Part shown: in pieces, positions 51,701-62,061 of the stretch
Numbering within the stretch: position 1 is the stretch's first letter
How the letters are laid out: each line of letters starts with the position of its first letter
DNA from: Candidatus Oxydemutator sp.
Lineage (GTDB): Bacteria > Pseudomonadota > Gammaproteobacteria > Poriferisulfidales > Oxydemutatoraceae
Length of the DNA: 64,000 nucleotides
Assembly: GCA_965203445.1 (NCBI GenBank)
Contig: OZ241883.1
Coordinates: 480,001 to 544,000 of the forward strand
Direction: 5' to 3'
Translations under genes and position numbers: made by a program
Notes under the pieces: model-generated
The model's database searches: none
Told to the model about the DNA's origin: nothing
The model's input: the letters and a program-made list of their open reading frames with translations, nothing else

Positions 51701-52650
51701 GCAAAGAGAATGAAAGGCTCTACTGGCTGAAGGTTGCCGTAAATCCGTATGGGCCAGAGCGAGACTTGACTTCAGCGATTGAGAAGTTGCTTGAATATGA
51801 ACGGGGGGCCGAAGCCGTCCTTTGTGTTTCTTGCACAGTCAACAACAGAGAGAAATTTAAGGAAGACCTTGCAATTCGGGCACTTCTCGCGATGCTGAAG
51901 CAGCCTGATGTCGACGTTCGGCCAGACCAATATCAGATTGTCGAGGTGATAAAACGCCTTCAGGAATCCTCCTCCGTTGACCCGGACGATCTTTGCAAGA
52001 TCGAATGGTACTTCCTGCCGCTCCTGGAGCATTTCTCACCTGAATCTGGATCACCCGCTACACTCGAAAAACGTCTCGCTTCGACCCCCGCCTTCTTCGC
52101 TGATATAGTAGCTTGCGCCTTTCGTTCAGAGAACGAAGCTGAAAGCGAGGGCGAACCGAGCGAAGAAAGGAAGGCGAAGGCCTCCAATGCCTACGAGCTC
52201 CTATACGCATGGAGAAGGTGTCCCGGCAAACTTTCCGATGATTCCTTTGATGAAGAAAAATTCACGCATTGGTTGAAGGAGGCAAAGCGAATTACGAAAG
52301 AGACTGGTCACAGTGAAATTGCTCAGGAGCGGATCGGTCACATATTGGCATACGCACCAGAAGATCCCGACGGTCTATGGATACATCGGGCAGTTGCGTC
52401 GGCATTGAACGAAAAAGGTGCAGAAGATATGCGCTCCGGCTTTACGATTGAGCTTTTCAATCAGCGGGGCGTCGTCCACGGCTTCACTGCCGGGAAAGAA
52501 GAACGAGAACTGGCGCAACAAAATCGCAAAAAGGCAGAAGCGCTTGAGACAGCAGGTTATCCAAGATTTGCAACTGCAATGCGCAAGTTTGCAAAAAGCT
52601 ATGAACAAGATGCGGAATTTCTCGCACAGATAAACCCATTTGATGAGTAA
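48784..52650 (+). CDS. Large protein with putative N-terminal PD-(D/E)xK nuclease and long helical region (1288 aa)
   Basis: GGAGGAG RBS. GWDG...SYWEIG...KATRDFEKR and FVFVTPR suggest a restriction-endonuclease fold. No clear Walker A. Confidence 0.6.
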   Translation: MNNQQNEQREASRTGRFPNSTHIVHAANLEGYADSINSQTVIPELICKLVKLSVFEASEIRIPYGDAVNQSGWDGIVEAESAFLEFVPEGRSYWEIGTGKHPQNKATRDFEKRTRQLSAEDRARSTFVFVTPRYAGWGGTKREELLTRGKAEGWKDVRIIDGVKLADWLREFPAVGKWMAKKMGLLEKLDGISTLGEHWKNIVSVTNPGDPPVPPTLFTEGRSNACNALQALFEGTSQKLRLLAEGKQDVADFVAAYIGTLDEDTAQDYANRCLCIAEEDAWRMVVARRKSHVLVADPRLSSVLLYEQPDLLTSAMLKGHAVIVSLCGAYPEGDPKIIKLQSPSQSQMEQMLQEAGYSIVRARELAVDTGGRLSALLRSLRELGAVPPYATWENVRRLAQAGLAGKWNGKNVADRKALKNLSGKKYGEWIEDLAHRTDRSDSPLMQRNEKWRFVERGEAWRALGYKIRDEDLERLEETAVAVLGERDPKFDLPKEERFMANIHGKELKHSRMLREGMAETLALVGSRPEALSKCSLHKAEYTAVCTVRRLLENAEWDRWASLNSLLPLLAEAAPDEFLDAVESALEDLAQSPFHEVFAQEGSGMGGWNYMSGLLWALETLAWHPDFLSRVTGILSDLASIDPGGKWVNRPLNSLIDIFLPWHVQTNASLEKRKAAVKNVLREQPKTGWQLIIGLLPHTHGSTSGCHQPTWRDYIPRDWKDGVSALEHWEQITTYAGMAIELAKTCTEKLGELINHMSDLPNPALENLLEHMASKEIMAFPEADRVLIWEKLDGLVRRHRKFADARWAMPEGTISKIEIVANTLAPEAPVLKYRYLFNGRDADLFPDKGNYEEQRKHLDKVRQDAVQEIFDTGGVSAVLDFAQSVSMPGNVGYALGEIVSEDIETEILPSLLDTEDETEEWVVSGFVQGRFQKSSWTWVDQVLGNSWNDTRKSAFLTLLPFEEDVWRRVEKHLGKENERLYWLKVAVNPYGPERDLTSAIEKLLEYERGAEAVLCVSCTVNNREKFKEDLAIRALLAMLKQPDVDVRPDQYQIVEVIKRLQESSSVDPDDLCKIEWYFLPLLEHFSPESGSPATLEKRLASTPAFFADIVACAFRSENEAESEGEPSEERKAKASNAYELLYAWRRCPGKLSDDSFDEEKFTHWLKEAKRITKETGHSEIAQERIGHILAYAPEDPDGLWIHRAVASALNEKGAEDMRSGFTIELFNQRGVVHGFTAGKEERELAQQNRKKAEALETAGYPRFATAMRKFAKSYEQDAEFLAQINPFDE

Positions 52651-52728
52651 CCCGTCTCATGTCTTAAGACCACCGCTACAATTATGACGGCAAGGGTCGA
52701 AAGAAACCGCCGCCGCTGATTGCGAGGC

Positions 52729-53300
52729 TTGCCTGAAAAAAGAAGCTGATTCCGTTCGGGTGGTACGGTGGCAAGTTCTCGCACCTGGACTGGCTGTCGC
52801 CGCTGTTGTTGCAGTGTCATCATTACTGCGAACCGTTTGGGGGCTCCGCCGCCTTATTGCTGAATCGCGCGCCCGCCCCCGTAGAAACGTACAACGATCT
52901 CGACGGCGAGGTCTGCAATTTCTTTCGCGTGCTTCGGGACGAATCCAAGGCATTGACCCGGCTGATCGGGCTGACCCCCTTTTCGCGCGAGGAATTCGGG
53001 ATTGCCTGCACGCTCGACCCGGACGCCTCTCCGGTAGAGCGGGCGCGAAGGTTTTACGTCAGGGCGAGACAGGTGCGCACGGGTCTGGCGCAGACCGCCT
53101 CGATGGGCCGATGGGCAAATTGCAAAAACACGACCAGGGCCGGGATGAGCGGCGTTGTCAGTCGCTGGTTCAAGCACGTTTCCCCGCCAAGAACCAACCA
53201 CGCGACAAAAGGCAAGCGGATCGAGGTGCCGTGGACGAATTACGATCTGCGAAAAATTCTTTCCCGACGGGAGATACAGGAAAAGCTCGAGCTGGCCTGA
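52729..53300 (+). pseudogene. Dam/D12-class adenine methyltransferase pseudogene
   Basis: PFGWYGGK...EPFGGSA..ETYNDLD. The start is out of frame at an A6 run, and the DPPY region is absent. Confidence 0.8.
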
Positions 53301-53316
53301 TGACGGAGACGCCGCC

Positions 53317-54273
53317 TCAGGTAGCGGGTGTGCGCGGCCCAACAAACGACGCGCTTTGTCCTTCGTAGATTCGAACGTCGCCAAGCACCCGGTATTTTGT
53401 CCACAGGCGCCAGAGCTCCTGCCATTGTACGTCGCAGTGGGCCTCTGCCTCCCTGACGGGCAAACCGAATCCTTTGGCATCCTTGCCGGAAATAGTGGTG
53501 CCATGGCTTTGCGTATCGCCGATCAGCGGCCCTTCCAGCGCCTTTGCCAGTTTTCCCACGTCCTCCGGGCTGCGTTCCTCTACACACGACAGCGCCTCCT
53601 TTACCTGGTCGCTTGTTCGAGCAAGAGCATCGCGCGCCTGTTGTACCGTCATTGCAGAGATGTCGGCAAGCAACGCTGCGTGGAGCGGATAAGTCTGAGG
53701 ATTGGCCTGTATCCGTTTTTCGGCATCTTCAACGGCTGCGATGATCGCCTTTGCCGCTCCCAGATCGCCGTCGGCCAGTATGAATTGCGGGTCCACCGGC
53801 CCCAAATCGCTCGTCGGGCCCATGTAGATCCGGTGTGCGCCGAGAACAAACAGCGTGCCCGCGCTCTTGGCTGCGTCGGGCACGACAACCGTGAGTTCCC
53901 GGCACCGGCATTGAGCCTGGCGGATAAGCCGAATGGCCGTTTCGCCGTCGCCGCCGGGCGTCGCCAGCATGACGTGAAGGTCCTGGGAAGGGTCCGCGTC
54001 ATACAGCGTCTCCTCGAATAAGGCGACACTGTCCGGAAAGATGTCGTCGGACACTATGACCAGACGGCACCGATATTTTTCCTGGTATCGGCGGATCAGC
54101 TTCTGGCGCTCATAGCGAGGCGCATTGTGCGCCTCGTATAGCGGACTTCGCGCTGGTGTTGCTGCGGCTTCAGGAATTGTATCAGTCGCCGAACTTGATA
54201 GGACGAGACGTCCGGAACGTAATCGGTTTGCCTTTCCGTGCCTTCTTGGCATCCTCGCGTACCAGCTTGGCAA
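53317..54273 (-). CDS. SDH_sah / ClpP-fold serine protease (start uncertain)
   Basis: TPGGD, AKSAGT, SDLGPVDPQ and SHG. Confidence 0.85.
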   Translation of the reverse strand: MPSWYARMPRRHGKANRLRSGRLVLSSSATDTIPEAAATPARSPLYEAHNAPRYERQKLIRRYQEKYRCRLVIVSDDIFPDSVALFEETLYDADPSQDLHVMLATPGGDGETAIRLIRQAQCRCRELTVVVPDAAKSAGTLFVLGAHRIYMGPTSDLGPVDPQFILADGDLGAAKAIIAAVEDAEKRIQANPQTYPLHAALLADISAMTVQQARDALARTSDQVKEALSCVEERSPEDVGKLAKALEGPLIGDTQSHGTTISGKDAKGFGLPVREAEAHCDVQWQELWRLWTKYRVLGDVRIYEGQSASFVGPRTPAT

Positions 54274-54373
54274 TCTCGATCTTCTTGCGCCAGTTCGGGT
54301 CGTATCTCAAAGTGGGTGCCTCGAGGGCGGGTTCACCGCTTGCGGCGACGGTATTATTGTTTTTTCTTTTCAT
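54182..54373 (-). CDS. Small basic hypothetical protein (63 aa)
   Basis: Strong GGAGGT RBS 5 nt before the ATG; abuts or overlaps the protease gene. Confidence 0.55.
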   Translation of the reverse strand: MKRKNNNTVAASGEPALEAPTLRYDPNWRKKIEIAKLVREDAKKARKGKPITFRTSRPIKFGD

Positions 54374-54527
54374 TGTTCACCTCCCTGCTCATGAGGGCGG
54401 GCGCGCCATTCTGGTTGCCGATGCCTTTGCTTCCACGTGCGACGAACGCACGGGCGACCCGCCAGGGTTAATACTTGACAATTATACACAATCAAGTCTC
54501 CGGAAAAGTCGGGACGGTTCACCGGTT

Positions 54528-54569
54528 GTGTAAGTTCGGCTACTCTCATTCGCCCGGCAACCCGCCCAG
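54528..54569 (-). repeat. Right copy of ~41-bp inverted repeat
   Basis: Reverse complement CTGGGCGGGTTGCCGGGCGAATGAGAGTAGCCGAACTTACAC differs from the left copy by 3 mismatches and 1 indel. Confidence 0.9.
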
Positions 54570-54598
54570 GAGCTTTCTGGCCTTATACGACGCGAGTT

Positions 54599-55513
54599 TT
54601 ACTCCGCGGCGAGCCAGTTTTTTGGTTTCAGATAATCGCGGTGCAGTTCTTCCTCGGGGCTGCCCGCTTGCGGCTTCCAGCCGTAGCGCCATTTTGCGTG
54701 GGGCGGCAGCGACATCAGGATGGATTCGGCGCGCCCGCCGGATTGCAGGCCGAACAGCGTGCCGCGGTCGTACACCAGATTGAACTCCACGTAGCGGCCG
54801 CGGCGGTAGAGTTGAAACTCGCGCTCGCGTTCGCCGAACGGCGCGTCGCGGCGGCGCTCGGCAACCGGGCGGTAGGCGGGGATGAAACTGTCGCCGACGC
54901 TACGCAGAAAGGCGAAACACCGCGCAAAACCCCAGTCGTTCAGATCATCGAAGAACAGACCGCCGACGCCGCGCGTCTCGTCGCGGTGGCGCAGGTAGAA
55001 GTAGTCGTCGCACCAGGCCTTGAAGCGCGGATAGACGTCGTCGCCGAACGGCGCGCAGGCGGCGCGCGCGGTGCGGTGCCAGTGCAGGACGTCCTCGAGA
55101 AACGGATAGCACGGCGTCAGGTCGTAACCGCCGCCGAACCACCACAGCGGTTCGTCGTCGGCGCGCGCCAGCGAGAAAAAGCGCACGTTGCAGTGCGCCG
55201 TCGGCACGTACGGATTGCGCGGGTGAAACACCAGCGACACGCCGGCGGCCTCGAACGCGCCGCCGGCCAGTTCCGGACGCGACGCGCTCGCCGCCGCTGG
55301 CAGGCGCGCGCCGCGCACGTGCGAGAAGTTGACGCCGGCCTTCTCGAACAGGTCGCCGGCGGCCAGGATGCGGCTGTCGCCGCGGCCTTCGGGACGCCGC
55401 CAAGTGTCGCTTACAAAACGCGCCGCGCCGTCGAGCGTCTGCGCGGCGTCGCAGATCGCGTCCTGCAAACCCGCCAGGTACGAGACGACCGCGTCGGTGT
55501 CGCCGGTTGCCAT
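54599..55513 (-). CDS. hemF: Oxygen-dependent coproporphyrinogen III oxidase
   Basis: [32 protein letters not shown] and [10 protein letters not shown]. Confidence 0.98.
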   Translation of the reverse strand: MATGDTDAVVSYLAGLQDAICDAAQTLDGAARFVSDTWRRPEGRGDSRILAAGDLFEKAGVNFSHVRGARLPAAASASRPELAGGAFEAAGVSLVFHPRNPYVPTAHCNVRFFSLARADDEPLWWFGGGYDLTPCYPFLEDVLHWHRTARAACAPFGDDVYPRFKAWCDDYFYLRHRDETRGVGGLFFDDLNDWGFARCFAFLRSVGDSFIPAYRPVAERRRDAPFGEREREFQLYRRGRYVEFNLVYDRGTLFGLQSGGRAESILMSLPPHAKWRYGWKPQAGSPEEELHRDYLKPKNWLAAE

Positions 55514-55539
55514 CAAAACGGCGCCGCGCAGGCCCGGCG

Positions 55540-56109
55540 TCAGCGGATGCCGCGCCCGGTCACGGCGTCACGGATCGAGGTCGGCGCGTGCATGCCGCCG
55601 GTGTCGCCCGCGACGATGCAGTCGAGTTTGTCGCCGAACGTCTCCCCGACCTGGCGCGCGTTGCGCGCCGCCGGCGCGTCGCTCAGGTTGGCGCTGGTGG
55701 AGACCAACGCGCAGTTGCAGGCGTCACACAGCGCCGCCGCCACCGGATGCGCGGTAACCCGCACCGCGATCCCGGGGTGCTCGCCGCGCAGCCACGGCGG
55801 ACACGCCGCAGCCGCCGGAAACACCCAGGTGTACGGCCCCGGCCAGCTTTCCTTGACGCGCCGCCACGCGGCGCCGCCGATTACGCCGCAGAACGGTTCC
55901 AGTTGCAAAAAGTGGTTTGCGATCAGAATGAAGCCCTTGCCGACCGGCCTTTTCTTCAACTCCGTCAGGCGCGCGACCGCCCGCTCGTTCAGCGGGTCGC
56001 AACCGAGGCCGTACACCGCCTCGGTCGGGTAGGCGACGATGCCGCCGTCGCGCACCGCTTTGCGCGCCGGTTCGACGTTCGGAAACTCGACAAGATGCGC
56101 GTCGCTCAA
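55540..56109 (-). CDS. tsaC: Threonylcarbamoyl-AMP synthase (YrdC/Sua5)
   Basis: [19 protein letters not shown] and STSAN. Confidence 0.95.
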   Translation of the reverse strand: MSDAHLVEFPNVEPARKAVRDGGIVAYPTEAVYGLGCDPLNERAVARLTELKKRPVGKGFILIANHFLQLEPFCGVIGGAAWRRVKESWPGPYTWVFPAAAACPPWLRGEHPGIAVRVTAHPVAAALCDACNCALVSTSANLSDAPAARNARQVGETFGDKLDCIVAGDTGGMHAPTSIRDAVTGRGIR

Positions 56110-56136
56110 GATTCACTTCGCCGCCGTCGGGAGCGG

Positions 56137-56212
56137 TGGTGGAGCCGAGGGGATTTGAACCCCTGACCTCGACAATGCGAATGTCGCGCTCTCCCGGCTG
56201 AGCTACGGCCCC
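56137..56212 (-). tRNA. tRNA-Ala (anticodon CGC)
   Basis: GGGGCCGTAGCTCAG...CGACA-TTCGCAT-TGTCG...GGTTCAAATCC...CTCCACCA; 76 nt with G3:U70. Confidence 0.96.
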
Positions 56213-56244
56213 GATGCGCCCGGCATTGTACGGCTTACGCGGCG

Positions 56245-57219
56245 TCAGGCCAAATCGCCGGATCCCGGGTTCAGGCCGTGGCCGGCGCCGCGCAATTCCT
56301 TCGGCAGCGGAAAGGTCACCCTTTCCTCGATGCCGACGGCCTCGTCAACGCGGCGCGCGCCGTGCTTTTGCAGTTCGCGCACGACCTCCCGCACCAGCGT
56401 CTCGGGCGCCGACGCGCCCGCCGTCAAGCCGACTCTGCGCTTGCCGGCAAGCCATTCCCGGCGGATTTCCGCGGCGCCGTCTATCAGATGGGCCTCGACG
56501 CCCCGCTTCAGCGCGATCTCGAGCAGCCGGTTTGAGTTCGAGCTATTGCGCGAACCGACGACCAACACCAGGTCGCAAGTCTCGACCAGTTGCTTGACCG
56601 CGTTCTGCCGGTTCTGGGTGGCGTAGCAGATGTCGTCCTTGCGCGGCTTGTGCACGTTCGGAAAGCGCTTTTCGAGAACGGCGACGATGCCGGCGGTGTC
56701 ATCCACCGACAACGTCGTCTGCGTTACGAACGCGACTTTGTCCGGGTCGTGCACGCGCACCGTCTCGGCGTCGGCGACGGTCTCGACCAGGTGGATGGCG
56801 CCGTCGCCCGGCGGTGCGCACTGCCCCATCGTGCCGGCCACCTCGGGGTGCCCGCGATGGCCGATCAGGATGGTCTCGAAGCCGCGGCGGCCGTTGCGCG
56901 CGACCTCGAGGTGCACCTTGGTCACCAGCGGGCAGGTCGCATCGAGCACCGTCAGGCCGCGCGCCGCGGCTTCTTCGCGCACCGCGCGCGACACGCCGTG
57001 GGCGCTGAAGATGACGACGGCGCCGTCGGGAACGCCGCCCAACTCCTCGACGAAAACCGCGCCTTTGGCGCGCAGGCTGGCGACGACGAAGCGGTTGTGC
57101 ACGACCTCGTGGCGCACGTACACCGGCGGCCCCAGCATCGCCAGCGCGCGTTCGACAATCTCGATCGCGCGGTCGACGCCGGCGCAGAAGCCGCGCGGGT
57201 TAGCCAGCAGCACTTCCAT
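56245..57219 (-). CDS. ispH: 4-hydroxy-3-methylbut-2-enyl diphosphate reductase
   Basis: [25 protein letters not shown] and TAGASAP. Confidence 0.98.
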   Translation of the reverse strand: MEVLLANPRGFCAGVDRAIEIVERALAMLGPPVYVRHEVVHNRFVVASLRAKGAVFVEELGGVPDGAVVIFSAHGVSRAVREEAAARGLTVLDATCPLVTKVHLEVARNGRRGFETILIGHRGHPEVAGTMGQCAPPGDGAIHLVETVADAETVRVHDPDKVAFVTQTTLSVDDTAGIVAVLEKRFPNVHKPRKDDICYATQNRQNAVKQLVETCDLVLVVGSRNSSNSNRLLEIALKRGVEAHLIDGAAEIRREWLAGKRRVGLTAGASAPETLVREVVRELQKHGARRVDEAVGIEERVTFPLPKELRGAGHGLNPGSGDLA

Positions 57220-57674
57220 CGGTTCCCTCCTTTGCGATCAGCGCGGCATAGACGATCAACAGCGCGCCGACGGTGATGCAGGCGTCGGCGACGTTGAACG
57301 TCGGCCAATGATAACCGCGATAATACACGTCGAGGAAGTCCACGACGTGGCCGCGAACCAGGCGGTCCATCGCGTTGGCGGCGGCGCCGCCCAATATCAG
57401 CGCGATGCCGGCGGCCGAGACGCGCTCGCCGGGGCCGAGCTTGACCAGCCACGACCACAGCAGCGCGCACACCGCAAGCGCGACGCCTATCAGAAACCAC
57501 CGCTGCCAGCCGCCGGCGTCGGCGAGCAGACTGAAGGCGGCGCCGGTGTTATAGACCAGCGTCAAATTGAGCGACGGCAACAACGGCACCGGCGCGTACG
57601 GCGCGAGCCAATAGTCGGCGGCGAGCTTGGTCGCGTGGTCGACGACGACGATTGCGAGCGCCAGCGCGATCCAG

Positions 57675-57682
<8 letters not shown>
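57200..57682 (-). CDS. lspA: Signal peptidase II
   Basis: NTGAAFS, N..DR, VVDFL and FNVADA. Confidence 0.95.
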
Positions 57683-60500
<2,818 letters not shown>

Positions 60501-60514
60501 CGTCGTTCAGCCGT

Positions 60515-61489
60515 TCACACCGGTGCGCCCGCCGCGCGCGGCGTCGTCGCGCGTTCGTCGAAGCAGCGCCGCGCCGCGGCCACGTCGCGCGCGACGTTGT
60601 CGCGCAATTCCGCGAGCGACGCGAATTTTTTCTCGTCCCGAAGCTTGCGCAGCGGGTGCACCGTCAGGCGGCGTCCGTACAGATCGCCCGCGAAATCGAG
60701 CAGGTGCGCCTCGAGCCGCCAGGCGCCGCGACGCGTACCCTCGACCGTCGGCCGGAAGCCGGCGTTGACGACGGCATCAAACGTCTCGCCCGAGTCGCCG
60801 GCGACGGCCGCGGCATAGACGCCGGCCAGCGGCGGCGGGCGCCGTCCGCACGCGACGTTCGCGGTCGGAAAACCAAGTTGCGCGCCAAGCCCGCGACCGG
60901 CGACGACGCGACCGGCGACGCCGAAACTCCGTCCGAGCAGGCGGTTGGCCAACGCAACGTCGCCGGACAGCAGCGCGTCCCTTATGCGCGTGCAGCTGAC
61001 GCGCGCGCCGGCGTGCTCGACCGCCGCGACCTGCTCCGTCTCGAAGCCGTAACGCGCGCCGCTTTCGCGCAGCGTCGTGAAGTCGCCGCCGCGGTCTTTG
61101 CCGAAACGAAAATCGTGGCCGACGACCAGCGCGCGCGCGCGCAGCCCGCCGACCAGCACGCGCTCGATGAAGTCGCGCGCCGGGCAGTCGGCGACGGCCT
61201 GAGAAAAACGCAGACAGACGAGGCAATCCACGCCCAAACCCGCAATGATGCGCGCGCGTTCGCGCAACCGGTACAAGCGCGGCGGCGTTTCCCCGGCGCG
61301 CGCGAAAAACTCCGTCGGCAGCGGCTCGAACAACACGACCGCAACCGGCAGGCGGCGCGCGCGCGCGGCCCGCCGCAAGCGCCCGATGATCGCCTGATGC
61401 CCTATATGCAACCCGTCAAACCCGCCCACCGTGACCGCGCAGGGGCCGGCCAGACGACGCAACCCGCCCTCTCCGCGTATCCAGTCCAT
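60515..61489 (-). CDS. ribF: Riboflavin kinase / FAD synthetase
   Basis: GGFDGLHIGH, GHDFRFG, GFPTAN and EAHLLDF. Confidence 0.97.
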   Translation of the reverse strand: MDWIRGEGGLRRLAGPCAVTVGGFDGLHIGHQAIIGRLRRAARARRLPVAVVLFEPLPTEFFARAGETPPRLYRLRERARIIAGLGVDCLVCLRFSQAVADCPARDFIERVLVGGLRARALVVGHDFRFGKDRGGDFTTLRESGARYGFETEQVAAVEHAGARVSCTRIRDALLSGDVALANRLLGRSFGVAGRVVAGRGLGAQLGFPTANVACGRRPPPLAGVYAAAVAGDSGETFDAVVNAGFRPTVEGTRRGAWRLEAHLLDFAGDLYGRRLTVHPLRKLRDEKKFASLAELRDNVARDVAAARRCFDERATTPRAAGAPV

Positions 61490-61497
61490 GGGAATGA

Positions 61498-62061
61498 TTA
61501 TAAGGGGAATGACGCGGCGTCGGCGTCTTGCCCGAGCAGCGCGTCGGCGACCGCGGCGAGGTCGTCATAGACCGGCACGTCGCCGGGGAAGTCTTTTTGC
61601 CGCAGCGTCTCCGATCCCTTGCCGGTGCGCACCAGCACCGGGCGCGCGCCCGCGGCCTTCGCGGCCGCCACGTCGTTCATCGTGTCGCCGACGAACGGCA
61701 CCCCGCGCAAGTCCACGCGCAGCCGCCTCGCCAGGTCCTCGAGCAGGCCGGGCGACGGCTTGCGGCAGCGGCATCTTTCGTCGGGGTGATGGGGGCAGAA
61801 GAACAGGCCCTCGACCTGGCCGCCGAGTTCATGCAGCAGGCCCTGCATTTTGGCCTGCATTTCCCCCAGCGCCTCGACCGTGAACAGGCCGCGCCCGATG
61901 CCCGACTGGTTCGATACGACGTACGCGCGCCAGCCGGCGTGGTTGAGACGCGCGATGGCCTCGAGGCTGCCCTCGAGCGGCAGCCATTCGTCGGCGCTCT
62001 TGACGTAGTCGCGGGCGTCGTGATTGATGACGCCGTCGCGGTCGAGCAGGATCGTCTTCAC
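61498..62061 (-). CDS. gmhB: D-glycero-D-manno-heptose-1,7-bisphosphate phosphatase
   Basis: LDRDGVIN, NQSGI and CPH...CRCRKP. Confidence 0.95.
   Translation of the reverse strand: MKTILLDRDGVINHDARDYVKSADEWLPLEGSLEAIARLNHAGWRAYVVSNQSGIGRGLFTVEALGEMQAKMQGLLHELGGQVEGLFFCPHHPDERCRCRKPSPGLLEDLARRLRVDLRGVPFVGDTMNDVAAAKAAGARPVLVRTGKGSETLRQKDFPGDVPVYDDLAAVADALLGQDADAASFPL

Noticed and set aside
44004-54589. Composite transposon from the IS481 left end to the A motif at 54589
   Set aside because: No target-site duplication is visible and the terminal base is not conserved; kept only as part of the inverted-repeat finding.
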